Part shown: piece by piece, positions 12,383 through 24,722 of the stretch
Layout of the letters: the number at the start of each line of letters is the position of its first letter
How positions within the stretch are numbered: position 1 is the stretch's first letter
Assembly (NCBI GenBank): GCA_951406725.2
Contig: OX597836.1
Location: 49,786,001-49,850,000 of the forward strand
Direction: 5' to 3'
Length of the DNA: 64,000 nucleotides
From: Octopus vulgaris
Lineage: Eukaryota
The notes under the pieces: model-generated
The model's input: only the letters and a program-made list of their open reading frames with translations
What the model was told of the DNA's origin: nothing
The model's database searches: none
Translations under genes and position numbers: made by a program

Positions 12383-15300
12383 TTAAATCCTTAAAATCCT
12401 TAAAAATGTTTCAGCCCGAAAGCTGCGGCCATGCTGGGGCACCACCGCTGAATGAGCTACACTAATATGTGAATCCACCTCTGATACATGGCACTTGGTC
12501 AACAAGGGGGTTCGATGCCGCTGCCCGCATCTGTGTCTCCTGTCGTGAGGTAGGTTCATCTAGGACCCCCGACGAGAAGAGATCCAGCTTAGTCTTAAAG
12601 AAACCCACATCCACATCATGCAAGTTTCTCAGGCATTTAGGGAGGATGTTAAACCGCTGTGGTCCTCTGAAACCCAAGCTGTTGCAGTATCTGGACCTGT
12701 ATTTTGATGGTGATGTTGGAATCTTTGGCACCATGCAGTGGTGCCCCGTTCTGCGGTTGGGGTAACTTTGAATGCCAAAGTTTGGGACAAAACCCTCCAG
12801 GATTTTCCAGATGTATATCACCGCATATCTCTCCCGCCTTCACTCTAGGGATGAGTGTTTTAATACTTTCAGTCTTTCCCAGTAGCTGATATGTTGCATT
12901 GAGACGATTTTCTTTGTGTAGCTTCTTTGAATTGCTTCGAGTTCTGCTGTTAGTTTTATATTTTGTTGTGACCATAGTTGGGAGCAGTAGTCCAAGCAGC
13001 TGAGGACGAAAGTTTTCCATAGGACCATCAGTGTCTCCTTCTCTCTTGTTCTGAAAGTTCGGAGAATCCATCCAGCTAACCGTCTGCATTTTATCACCAA
13101 ATTAGTAATATGCACTTGGAAAGATGCATCATTGCTCATGCCAATGCCCAGGTCACGCACTGATTTTGACTCAGGATTACAATTCTTCCCGGGCCAGTGT
13201 ATCCAGTCTGCATGTCGTTTACATTTGTGTGCAGGTAGCGCAGGGCCGGGAACTTACCTGCATTAAACTGCATGTTGTTGTCCTCAGCCCACCTGTATAT
13301 TGTATCCAACTCCTGTTGCAGATGTGCAATATTTCCAGGGTTTTGTATTGTGTGGGAGACTTTTATGTCATCTGCATAGCTAGCAAGGGTGGCCATCTTA
13401 GCAACTGAGGGCATGTCTGAAAGGGCCACTATGAACAGCAGTGGCTCCAAGACAGTGCCCTGTGGAACACCGCTTGTTATTTGTGTTTCCGTGGAGGTGG
13501 CTCCATTGGTCACAACTGCCTGTTTTCTGTCTTTTAGGAAGTTGTGCAGCCACTCTCCAAATTTTCCACCTATGCCGAGACCACGCAGTCTGTGATAAAT
13601 CATACCGTGGTCGACTTTATCAAAAGTTTTTGCAAAGTCGAGATATATCACAACTACATTTGAGCCATTTAGTAGCTGTTTTAACACCCAGTCATAGTGT
13701 TGCAGGAGCTGTGTTAGGCAGCTTCTACCTGGTCGAAATTCATGCTGGGTGTCAGTCAGCAAGTCGTTTTCTTCAAGGAACATGATTAGTTTCTTGCGGA
13801 CTATTCGTTCCATGACTTTGCTGATGTGTGAGGTCAGAGAGATAGGCCTATAATTTTTAGCATCTGCTCTGCTTCCTCCCTTATGGATAGGGCATATTAC
13901 TCCCTCTTTCAATTTGACTGGGAGCTTACCACTTGCAAGAAGCTGTAGCGGTTTTGCATGGGCTCGTTTGCATGATTTGAGAAGGATCGCTGGAAATCCA
14001 TCAGGTCCAGTAGCTGAGTTTGTGTCAATCTCATCTATGGCCAGTGTGATATCATCATCTTCAATGTTGATGTACTCAATTTTTGCCTCTTTGGCCGCCG
14101 GTAAAGTGGCAAAGAATTCTTCTGGGTTGTTTACTTGCCTGTGTCCTAGAGGTCTAGTGAACACACTTTGGAACTGTTCGTTCAGTATCTCACATATCCT
14201 CGTAGGATTTCCTGTGAGACAGTCATCTTTTTGGAAGAGAGGTCCTATTCTCTGGTGCACTGTGGCTGTCTCTTTCGCAAACTTAAAGAAAGCTTTAGGG
14301 TTTGATTTTATATTTTCTATTACCTCAGCTTCTTTATCTGCTCTCTCCTTTTTATGAGACTGATGCAGATTTTTCTCAATTTCCATTAGCATTCTCTCGA
14401 GCCGAGACTTCTCACCACTTTTGGTGTGCTTGCTCAGGCGGTTCGCAATCCTTGTCCGTCGTCTCATAAGAATCTTCCTTTCTCTAGGGATCCTGTTTTT
14501 GTTTTTGTGTGTGCTGGCCCTGCACACTGGGACATATTTGTCACATATGGCTTGTATTATGGACATGAAGTGTTTGTGTTTCATGTTTATGTCCGGTGTG
14601 GAGAGACATTTAGGCCAATCCTGTTTGAGGATCTCTTTCTCGATCAACTTCCAATTTGCTTTATGAAAGTTTAAGTTGGAGAGATTGTGGATGCTTCGTA
14701 TAGGCTGTGTGTCTACGGGGACTTTTGGTCCATACATAGACAGCTCTATTATGTTGTGATCCGAGATCATTGTCGGCATCACTTTAACATTATGGATAAT
14801 ATCCATATTGTTTGTGAAGTAGAGATCCAGTATATTATCTGCCCTTGTTGGTTGCAGCACTATTTGCTCCATGAAAGATGAAGCAGGGACTCTGCCTGTG
14901 CCTGCTGATGGTATGTCATCCCTGGGAGCATCTGCCTCCCAGGCCATTCCTCATTGGGGAAGTTAAAGTCACCCATGAAGGAAACACTGTTGTGTTGTTC
15001 AAGGTTGGTGAGGACTTCTATTTTTGTTAGGCAGTCTTCAAACATGCCTGAGTGATTTGGGGCATCCGGTGGGCGATATGTAGTACATATGACGATATTC
15101 AGTTGTCTTATGTGTACAATTTGAGTGTCACACACTGAGTTTGAATATGACAGCAGGACCTGGGGCGTGAGGTCATCTCGGATGTACACTGCAACTCCAC
15201 CATGGCTCCTCCCTTTTCTATCTGAGCGTATGACAGCATATTGCGGTATGTGTATTTCTGCATCCCCTATATCGGGTCCAAGATGCGTTTCTGTGAGTGC

Positions 15301-15881
15301 CATGCATATAGCTTGATTGCATGTCACAAGGTCTCTCAGGAATGAGATTTTCCTTTTACAGTTGCCGCTCTCCTACGTTCAGTAGAAATATTTTTGTGGT
15401 GTGTGTGTTGGTGTCTGTGGTAGCCATCCTGCATCTGTTGGAGGTGGCCTTATGTGGTGGTAGTTCCAGCTTTGTGCTTGTAGCCAGGTCAGCTGCTGAA
15501 CAATTTTTTGTGCCATGCACAAAAAAGATTGCTGTTCAGCTGCTGCCCTTCTCACATCTGGGTAAAGCTGGCCATTTGTTGGGCTACCGCGCACTACATC
15601 CGCATATCGTCTTTCAGGAGTGGTCAGTGCGCCATTTTTCCTTCTTTTAGATTTTTCTTTATCTTTTTGTTCTCCCCGAGGGAGATTTTTGTCTTGTGTC
15701 CATGAGGTTTTGGCAGGGCTTCTGATATGCAAAACGACAGTTTGCACCATCGACGCCATGCCAGCAGTCTCCCTTCAGGTAGAATTTGCAGATGTTTCTG
15801 CTTTTGCCCTTGTAGCTCTTGCTGGGGTTTTTTCTGAACAGTGTTTGTTTTAGTTTTCTTGTCTTTTACCTCTTGTTTTCC

Positions 15882-15883
<2 letters not shown>
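12380..15883 (-). mobile_element. CR1-like (CR1/L2 group) LINE, ORF1 tail plus frameshifted ORF2, with 3' (TTAAGGA)n-type tail
   Basis: ALTETHL, GGVAVYI, YRPP, GDFN, SDH endonuclease; NYRPISLT, YLDFAKTFDKV, SGVPQGTVL, YADD RT motifs across ORFs 14860-15327, 13136-14947, 12840-13160, 12462-12821. Confidence 0.92.
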
Positions 15884-15927
<44 letters not shown>

Positions 15928-15929
15928 TA

Positions 15930-16059
15930 CTTTATTTAAAGCAGCAGAAAATTCAACAAAACCTGTTACTCTGAGTTTCCCGTTGCCGTTCATTGGACAG
16001 TTTTTGCTAGAAACTCAGAGTAACAGGTTTTGTTGAATTTTCTGCTGCTTTAAATAAAG
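15930..16059. repeat. Perfect 50-bp inverted repeat with 30-nt spacer (Penelope-type terminal fragment)
   Basis: 15930-15979 is the reverse complement of 16010-16059; includes a decayed hammerhead on the minus strand; related sequence at 30590, 46895 and 55204. Confidence 0.85.
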
Positions 16060-16128
16060 CATATTACTCTACCACTGGTATTTGAGTACTCTTTTTCCAC
16101 CTTGTTTCACATTTAAGTGTTTACTTCC

Positions 16129-16186
<58 letters not shown>

Positions 16187-16189
<3 letters not shown>

Positions 16190-17587
16190 TTGCAAGCAAG
16201 TACAGGTGGAGTCCCTGCTCAACCTCACCAATGCCTTATTCATGGAGCAAGTTGTATTCAAGCCAACTAGGGCGAATAACATTCTGGATCTCTGCTTCAC
16301 GAACAATATGGACATCATTCATGATGTAAAAGTGGCACCGACATTTGTCTCGGATCACAACATAATAGAGCTGTCTATGCTTGGGCCGAAAGTAACCAGA
16401 GTCATACAGCCTAAAGGAAGCACCCGAAATCTCTCCAATCTGAACTTCCACAAAGCAGATTGGAAATTGATCCAAAAAGAAATCCTCAGAGAGGACTGGC
16501 CGAAATATCTCTCCGCACCAGACATTGACATGAAACTAGAATGTTTCATGTCTTCTGTGCAAGCCGTATGCTAGAAATATATCCCAGAGCACAAGGCCAA
16601 AACAAATAGGAGCAAGATTCCAAGAGACAGAAAGATCCTCATGAGACGATGGACGAAGGTTGCAAATCGTCTCAACCAACATCCCAAAAGTAGCGAAACG
16701 TCCTGCCTAAAAACAACACTGATGGAAATCGCGAAAAGGCTGCAACAATCCTATGTGAAGGAGAAGGCAGACAAAGAAGCCTGGGTTATAGAAAACAATA
16801 AATCAAACCCAAAGGCCTTCTTTCATTACGCGAAAGAAACAGTCTCAGTACACTACAAGATAGGAGCCCTCCTCCAAAAGGATGGCTCCCTCACAGACAT
16901 TTCAACTAAGATCAGTGAGATGCTGAATGACCAGTTCAAAAGTGTCTTTACCACCCCGTTGGAACACAAACAAGTGAACGAACCAGTGGACTTCTTTGCC
17001 GCTTCACCTATAACCAGCGAGGCAGTTACAATAGAATGTATTGACATTAGCGAAAAAGATGTCCTACTAGCCATAGATGAAGTAGATACAAACTCAACTG
17101 CTGGTCCTGATGGTTTCCCAGCCATCCTCCTCAAAGCGTGTAAGCATGCCCTGGCAAAACCCCTCAAGATTCTCTTCCAGAGCTTTCTTACAAATAGCAA
17201 ACTGCCAAGCAAGCTGAAGGAGGGAGTAATATGCCCAATACATAAAGGGGGAAGTAGAGCAGATGCCAAAAACTGTAGGCCTATCTCTCTGACTTCACAC
17301 ATCAGCAAAGTCATTGAGCGGATAGTCAGAAAGAAACTAATCGCATTCCTTGAGGAAAATAACTTGCTGAGTGATACCCAGCATGGTTTTCGACCAGGTA
17401 GGAGCTGCCTGACCCAGCTCGCACAACATTATGACTGGGTGTTGAGGCAGTTACTCAACAAATCAAATGTGGACGTATTCTACCTTGATTTTGCAAAAGC
17501 TTTTGACAAGGTGGATCATGGTATGATATGCCACAAACTGCGTGACCTCGGCATAGCTGGAAAACTTGGAGTGTGGTTACATGAGGA
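16187..17587 (+). mobile_element. CR1-like LINE internal fragment (endonuclease end to RT N-half)
   Basis: ORFs 16206-16574 and 16641-17648 are clearly homologous to the 13136-14947 protein (PTRANNILDL, SDH, YLDFAKAFDKV); truncated at both ends. Confidence 0.9.
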
Positions 17588-17781
17588 TGCCGTAAAAATT
17601 TCGAACAAATTTATCAAAGAATATTTAAACATAATAAATAACAATTGAGATGGTAAACGTTTTTAATTTTCATTCCTTTCGAGAATTTATCCATATTTGG
17701 TGGTCTGAGTTTTCTACTGCTCTTTCTAGCACAAGGCTTTCCTATTTGGAAGCCTCTTATTGTTTTTATATATTATATATA

Positions 17782-18186
17782 CTCTTTTACTTGTTTCAGT
17801 CATTTGACTGCGGCCATGCTGGAGCACCGCCTTTAGTCGAGCAAATCGACCCCGGGACTTATTCTTTGTAAGCCAAGTACTTATTCCATCGGTCTCTTTT
17901 GCCGAACCGCTAAGTGACAGGGACATAAACACACCAGCATCGGTTATCAAGCAATGTTAGGGGGACAAACACACACACACACACATACACACACATATAT
18001 ATATATATATATATACATATATACGACAGGCTTCTTTCAGTTTCCGTCTACCAAATCCGCTCGCAAGGCATTGGTCAGCCCGGGGCTATAGTAGAAGACA
18101 CTTGCCCAAGATGCCACGCAGTGGGACTGAACCCGGAACCATGTGGTTGGTTAGCAAGCTACTTACCACACAGCCACTCCTGCGCC
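17782..18186 (-). mobile_element. tRNA-derived SINE, family A
   Basis: Near-identical to 2966-3383. Confidence 0.9.
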
Positions 18187-18278
18187 TATATATATATAAT
18201 ATATATATAATATAATATATATATAATATATATATAATATAATATATATATAATATATATATATATAATATATATATA

Positions 18279-18695
18279 GGCGTAGGAGTGGCTGTGTGGT
18301 AAGTAGCTTGTTTACCAACCACATGGTTCCGGGTTCAGTCCACTGCGTGGCACCTTGGGCAAGTGTCTTCTACTATAGCCCCGGGCTGACCAATGCCTTG
18401 CGAGGGATTTAGGAAAGAAGCCCGTCGTATATATGTATATATATATATATCTGTGTGTGTGTGTGTGTGTGTATGTTTGTGTGTCTGTGTTTGTCTCCCC
18501 AACATCGCATGACAACCGATGCTAGTGTGTTTACGCCCCCGAAACCTAGCGGTTCGGCAAAAGAGACCGATAGAATAAGTACTAGGCTTACAAAGAATAA
18601 GTTCTGGGGTCGATTTGGTTGACCAGCATGGTCAATTTGGTGCTCCAGCATGGCCACAGTCAAAATGACTGAAACGAGTAAAAGAGAGTAAAAGA

Positions 18696-18696
<1 letters not shown>
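18279..18696 (+). mobile_element. tRNA-derived SINE, family A
   Basis: Same family, opposite orientation, head-to-head with 17782-18186 across a TA-rich spacer. Confidence 0.9.
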
Positions 18697-18739
<43 letters not shown>

Positions 18740-18765
18740 CAAACAGCTTTTGTTATAGAGACGAA

Positions 18766-18989
18766 AGAGTCGAGGAGGAGGAGTGAGAAAGAGGGAACGG
18801 TGAAGAGGAGAGGAGAAGAATGGGGAAGGGTGGGAGAGAAAACCATAAAGGATGAAGAACAAGATAGGGAGAGATATATAGAGAGAAGAGATAGTAATGG
18901 TAGAAGAGTGCGCATCGTAATTCACCCTTCCCTATTCTTCTCCTCTCCTCTTCACCGTTCCTTCTCTCTCACTCCTTCTCCTCGACTCT
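18766..18989. repeat. About 67-bp purine/pyrimidine inverted repeat
   Basis: 18766-18832 pairs with 18923-18989 with few mismatches. Confidence 0.75.
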
Positions 18990-19566
18990 CTCTTGGTTGA
19001 CACGTGACGAAAGATATTCTGTCTTTCTGCCCACAATCTTCGAAAAGAAAAAAACGTATACTGTCTCCATCATAAGCTCGTCTTCCTCACGTTCAGAATA
19101 ATTTTCTATCGTCTCGGCTTAACAGTCCTCACCGTTTGTTTTCACTGTCCTCTTCTTGTTACCACTTTCATCCTCCGCAAAAAATTCCAAATTTTATTTA
19201 ATTTGCTCTGCGGGAAGGACTGTTTCAAGTCGCGTCTTGTCCTTGTCTTCGAAACGTGGATTAGATGAATCAAGGATAACTGAAGAAGGGAATATCCTTT
19301 ATGCTGTATGTCTCGTTTCTCTGTTAGTCTTTTTTTTCGTTGTTCGAAAAAATGTTCGTTTCTATGTTTTTGCTTTTATGTTTTCGTTTCTCATTGTGTT
19401 CAACGTTTTTTTATATCCTGTACCCATATATGCATGTATATACACTTATATATGTAGGTATGTACATATATGTATGTATATATTCATATATTTATATATT
19501 ATTTATATCATTATATGATCGAACGTCACGCATCCTTTTCCAAGTAAGTTTTCTCTCTATCTCTCT

Positions 19567-19606
<40 letters not shown>

Positions 19607-19609
19607 GAT

Positions 19610-20200
19610 CTTGCAAGCATGAAGTGGATTCGATCCACCATAGCCAAATTTAAATTAACACTGCAACAAAACTTTTCCCACGATGGAACAGTGGGTTTTC
19701 TTCGACAGCAGTTTTACACTTTCCAAACACCTTTAGCAAGGCCGAAATAATGTCTTCACCACTTTACCCTTTCTAACCTCTTCTACTTCACCAAAAGCTA
19801 GAATAGAGATAACAAGACCACCAACTAAATCTATTGTTCTCAATGATATGTCTATCCTTCTGGATAGTTATAAAAGCAAGAACACCCCAAACAAAAGTCA
19901 GTCGGTGACGACTCAATGAGAACGAAGTCTGTCTGACCAGCTAGAACCTTGTTCAAAAGGAGAAATGGAGTTTACTGTCAGCAACTGTGAGACAACACCC
20001 AACAATTCTCTCTAGCTCCAATTCTGTTCTCTTACATCATTCTGTCGCTATCTGCGGATTACTACTAACTGTTCGTATACGCCAAACTATGCAAAGAAAC
20101 ATTCTACCGCATCTAACTTTCTTTCGCGTGTTTTTTGGATTTATCATAAACCTGCCCGTCGAGGTAAGCTGTTTTAACGTAATGGTAAATAAATATTTTC
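19610..20200 (-). mobile_element. Very decayed mariner-like transposase remnant
   Basis: Broken minus-strand similarity to the mariner HTH region (SGR-like) and the PSxxKV..VxW region; no clear TIRs. Confidence 0.35.
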
Positions 20201-20316
20201 TTAAAACTTCATCTTTCACATACTACAGTATGCAATTATAATAACAAATTTTTATCGTTACAACTGCTGACTCCGACATTTCTTAATATTGTTTACTAAT
20301 CAATCCTACCCGTTAC

Positions 20317-20348
<32 letters not shown>

Positions 20349-20384
20349 ATAAAAGTAAAACAAACATACATATGTACGTGCAAC

Positions 20385-20680
20385 TGGCGCTCCGCGTGTT
20401 ATGACGATGAGGGCTCCAATCGATGCAATCAACGAAACAGCCTGCTCGTGAAATTATCGTGCAAGTGGCTGAGCACTCCACAGACACGCGCAACCTTAAC
20501 TTAGTTCTGAAAGAGATTCAGTGTGAAACAAAATGTTATAAGGTTGGCCCTTTGAGCTACATGAGTGGACTGAGGCAATGTGAAAGAAAGTATCTTGCTC
20601 AAAGACACAACACACCACCTGGAATCGAACTCACAACCTTACGATTGTGAGCAGAATAGACTAATCACTAAGCCACGCGC
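20385..20680 (-). mobile_element. tRNA-derived SINE, family B
   Basis: Minus strand GCGCGTGGCTTAGTGATTAG (A box) ... GAGTTCGATTCC (B box) ... TTGAGCAAGATACTT; related pieces at 30349-30500 and 44236-44420. Confidence 0.75.
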
Positions 20681-20682
20681 TT

Positions 20683-20739
<57 letters not shown>

Positions 20740-21112
20740 TATATATGTCTTTGGTACTTATATATAAAGAATGAATAGAAATGTCTTTTCTGATAAAGAA
20801 CAGAAAACAGAGTAAGCTTCTGTGTGTGTGCGTGTGTTCATACATACAAACATACATACATACATACATACAAACATACATACATACATACATACATACA
20901 TACACACATACACGCACACATACATCCATACATACCTACATACATATATACATACATACATCCATACATACCTACATACATACATACATACATACATACA
21001 TGCATCCTAGTTCTTAAGGTATGTGTTTATATGTATACATGCATGCATATATTCATACGCATGTACCTGTGCGTGTGTGTATGTTTGATGTATATATATA
21101 TATATATATATA

Positions 21113-21400
21113 TAAATATAAGAGAGTTACCGCTAAGTGGTTAACTCTAGTGCTAAAAATAGCTCCTTATTCTGGTATAGCCACCGAAGTTGTTTCCACC
21201 AAGAGATAACATTACCTTCAACGTAAGGAAAGCGAAATACAACGAAAAGATAGATTAATGCTGAACAATTGTTTCTTTATTAATATAATATCCAATTATA
21301 CTCACATATTTATCTATAAACAACTTCGATGGCTATACCAGAATAAGGAGCCATTTTTAGCACTAGAGTTAACCACTTAGCGGTAACTCTCTTATATTTA
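21113..21400. repeat. 83-bp inverted repeat with about 120-nt spacer
   Basis: 21113-21195 is the reverse complement of 21318-21400 with about 2 mismatches. Confidence 0.85.
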
Positions 21401-21503
21401 TGTATATTTGTATTGTCGCCCTGGTTTTTATGTGCTAAGCCACTTGGTGTTAAACTGATGGTATTATTAAATTAATATCTAATTTTTCACCCTCATTTAT
21501 GAA

Positions 21504-21554
<51 letters not shown>

Positions 21555-21628
21555 TCTAAGAAAAATGTTTGAAAAGAAAAAAAAAAGAAAGAAAGGGACG
21601 GAAAGTACTTTTCCGCTTTGTACTTCAC

Positions 21629-22139
21629 CTGACGTGTAGGAGACTATAAACATAATGGCACCCATTGCAGTTCCTGTGAAACCCAAACCAGACGAATACT
21701 TCTCGGTCCCCAGCGTTTCCATGGCAACTGTGGTGTAGACTGCTGTCACCATACCAATTGCAATACCAAGCAACGCCGATATGGCAGACAGACTTTCGAA
21801 TGTTGAGAACATAGGGAACAAGGCCAGCGCCACTCCGGCGACAACGACGCAAACAGCTTGGACATCCCAAGCCGTGACTGTCCGATAAGCCATGATGACC
21901 ATCGCTACGAAACCCCCAGGGATTGATCCAATACCATACATGAATAGCATGTTGGCACCATCGTCCTCGCTGATACCTTTCTCGCGTGCGTAGTCAACCA
22001 TGAAGGTGACGAAAATCAAAAGACTGCTGTAGACGAAACAGGTGACAAGAACGTAATACATGAAAAAGAAGTTCTTGAGAATGGAGATGTCAAACAATCT
22101 GTCGGGAAGGAGCTTCTTCTTCTTCAGAATCGGTTTCTC
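21629..22139 (-). CDS. MCT-like gene, 511-nt exon (TM7-TM11)
   Basis: Core of ORF 21450..22319; acceptor TTTTCGTTCAG|GAG (phase 0), donor TCAG|GTGAAG (phase 1); hydrophobic MFS helices. Confidence 0.93.
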
Positions 22140-22272
22140 CTGAACGAAAAGAAAAAAATAGATAAAATAGAAAGAGATAGATAAAACTGTAAGTACACTT
22201 ATGCATTTACAGACGCATATACATACCCCCCCACACACACAAACACACACACATACACACATACACACACAT

Positions 22273-22303
<31 letters not shown>

Positions 22304-22498
22304 AGAAGTTGAATTGCACTGGGATTCTTTTGGAGGGTTTAGTTTAACTGGTTTCACAGAATTTTCTGATTTTTAAAAGATTGATAGAAAGACGTGGGTG
22401 GGGGCCATGCCGCAAATTTCTTTGCTTCTGACTGGAGTTCGAAAATTCTCTTGCTTTTATGGAAAGAATATAGTTCAAATGAGTATTTGTTAAGCATA

Positions 22499-22686
22499 TA
22501 ATTTGATTGGCGGAGGTTGATCGCGGGATTAATTTGATTGGCGGAGATTGATCGCAGGATTAATTTGATTGGCGGAGATTGATCGCGGGATTAATTTGAT
22601 GAGCGGAGATTGATCGCAGGATTAATTTGATGGGCGGTGATTGATCGCGGGATTAATTTGATGGGCGGAGATTGATCGCGGGATTA
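22499..22686. repeat. Minisatellite, 6 x 31 bp (TAATTTGATTGGCGGAGATTGATCGCGGGAT)
   Basis: Direct reading of tandem units. Confidence 0.95.
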
Positions 22687-23439
22687 GGCTTAGAAATATT
22701 TTAAAGTCCCTCACTACGTACGTGCACTGATATCATGTCACAACATTTTTGTGCTGTAAGTTAAGGCCAACAAGGTTGAGTGCCGTATCCAGTGACAGTC
22801 CCAAACAATCAAGACTCTCTAAATTCAATCTGTCAAGTGACTGAGTGGATAGGAATTGTTTTTGTGTGTACTCATTAAATTTTGTTAGATCTCATTTATT
22901 GCCCGTGGGTTAGTGTTTGTGTAGTTCGGTGATGTTATTTCAGTCGTAGCTTGTATTCTTATGCAAAAATATTTAATTTATTTATTCGTGTTTAAATTGC
23001 TTGAATGAAGGTAAAGTAGAATGACTTGGAATTTTGTGAACTTATTTGTCGCACGTAAATCAAGGCAAGGAGAGTAATCCAAAAGTGAAAGTTGTTATGT
23101 TTCACTGCACGTGACTATTGAGAATCAAAGAAATCGAGGCTTTGCGAATTTAGTATATCGAATGACTGAATATATATCCTTTGTATGTATGTAGGCATAC
23201 AATTTTGTTTTCTACTAAATTTGTGCTTTAGTACCATGAGAGAAAAAGTCATGACTGTGCCCAAAGGTCGTTGCCTGTAAAATCAACGTGTCAAGTGGCA
23301 GAATGTGTTCGTGTGTGAACAGTTGTTAGTGAATATATTTTGTTAAAGTCTACTCAATTTGTGTTTTTGTATGAATATATTTTCTTTGTTTACTCGTTAT
23401 TGACTGAACAAAGATAAAGTGGGAAGACTTGGAAGTGAG

Positions 23440-24455
23440 GAGACTTACTTTTTAAACATATTTCTATGTACCCACTCAATGGGAGCTGTCTAATACTGGG
23501 ATCTTGTATTTGTTGATAGTGAATAGCCAGTCCATTTCTGAGAGTAGGTTTTGTTTGACTTGTATAATCCTCGTTACATTATTTACATTTTATAGAATAT
23601 GGTGAAAATTTGTCCTGATTTCAATTTTTATGTTTTGTTTTCAATGAGGTTGATGCAAATCCCGCGGCCACACATTTCGATTGTTGGTGTGGGATATGTG
23701 GAAGATAATTTAGCGCTGGTGAGTAGTCTTTTGAGGGATTTTGATTGTCTTTTTGATTGTTTTGTGAATTTGGAGTACTTGTTTCATTCTTGGATCTTGT
23801 CTCAGAAGTGCAATGATCTGGCGAATAATGTTGAACACATCTGTGTTTTTTAGATTCTGTGTTGTAATAAAGTGCAGGACATTGAGCATATTTGAAGTGT
23901 TTTTTGCTTTCCGTAATTCTTGAATATTTATTGTTTTGGCACGTTCTATTCCATTGATTATTATTATTGACGAATATTGCCTATTTTAATTTCTGGAGTC
24001 TTATTAAGAGTTTCAAAATTTGAAACAATTATGCAGATTCTTCTTGCAAGATTAAATGGTTTATTAGTTTTCGTGTTTTGGGGATGGCATGAGGAGGACA
24101 GCATGTATTCTTTTGAATCTATTGGGTTGTAGTGAATGTCTGTTTCAGTGTTTATGTTTGTTCTGATAATTAGAACGTCCAAGAATGGTAGTTGAGTTTA
24201 TTGCGTCTTATGGTGAAGTTAATACCATTATTTATGCTGTTAATTAAGTTTTTGAAATCAAAAGCGTATCAGATGTATACGACCACAGAATTAACCACGC
24301 GTGGCAATATTTATAAGCAAATATGTGGGGTCGTGATGGGTGCAAAAGTGGCACCAACTAACATGTTACAGATATACAAACAATCTAAATTAAAATACGG
24401 TTTGGACTTCCATAAATATTTTGTAGAAAACTGGAAACCTTACTTAGATGAACGC
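23440..24455 (-). mobile_element. Penelope-like element fragment with inverted 5' segment
   Basis: Minus 24260 downward: INFT..LPFLDVLI..TDIHYNPIDSKEYMLSSSCHP..PFNLARRIC; plus 24290-24452: YKQICGVVMGAKVAPT..WKPYLDE. Confidence 0.8.
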
Positions 24456-24468
24456 TTGAACGCTCGGC

Positions 24469-24504
<36 letters not shown>

Positions 24505-24505
<1 letters not shown>

Positions 24506-24700
24506 AGTCACCAACGCCATCACTTGATAACTGATGTTAGTTTGTTTACGTCCTCATTACTAAGCATTCGGCAAAAAAAATTGATAGGATAAGTATCAGA
24601 CTTAAAAATAAGTACTGGGATTGATTTTTACGACTAAAGCCTTCAAGGTGGAACCCCAGCATGGCCATGTCCAACAACTAAAACAAGAAAAAGAAAAGAA
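24505..24700 (+). mobile_element. SINE family A, diverged 3' half
   Basis: TTCGGCAAAA..ATAAGTACTGGG..CCCCAGCATGGCC..AAACAAG tail. Confidence 0.65.
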
Positions 24701-24722
24701 AATCATTTTGTTAAATACTGAC

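Noticed and set aside
19240-19310. CTGAAGA/CTGATGA motifs here and at 41924 as hammerheads
   Set aside because: Could not form all three stems with a correctly placed GAAA and cleavage triplet.
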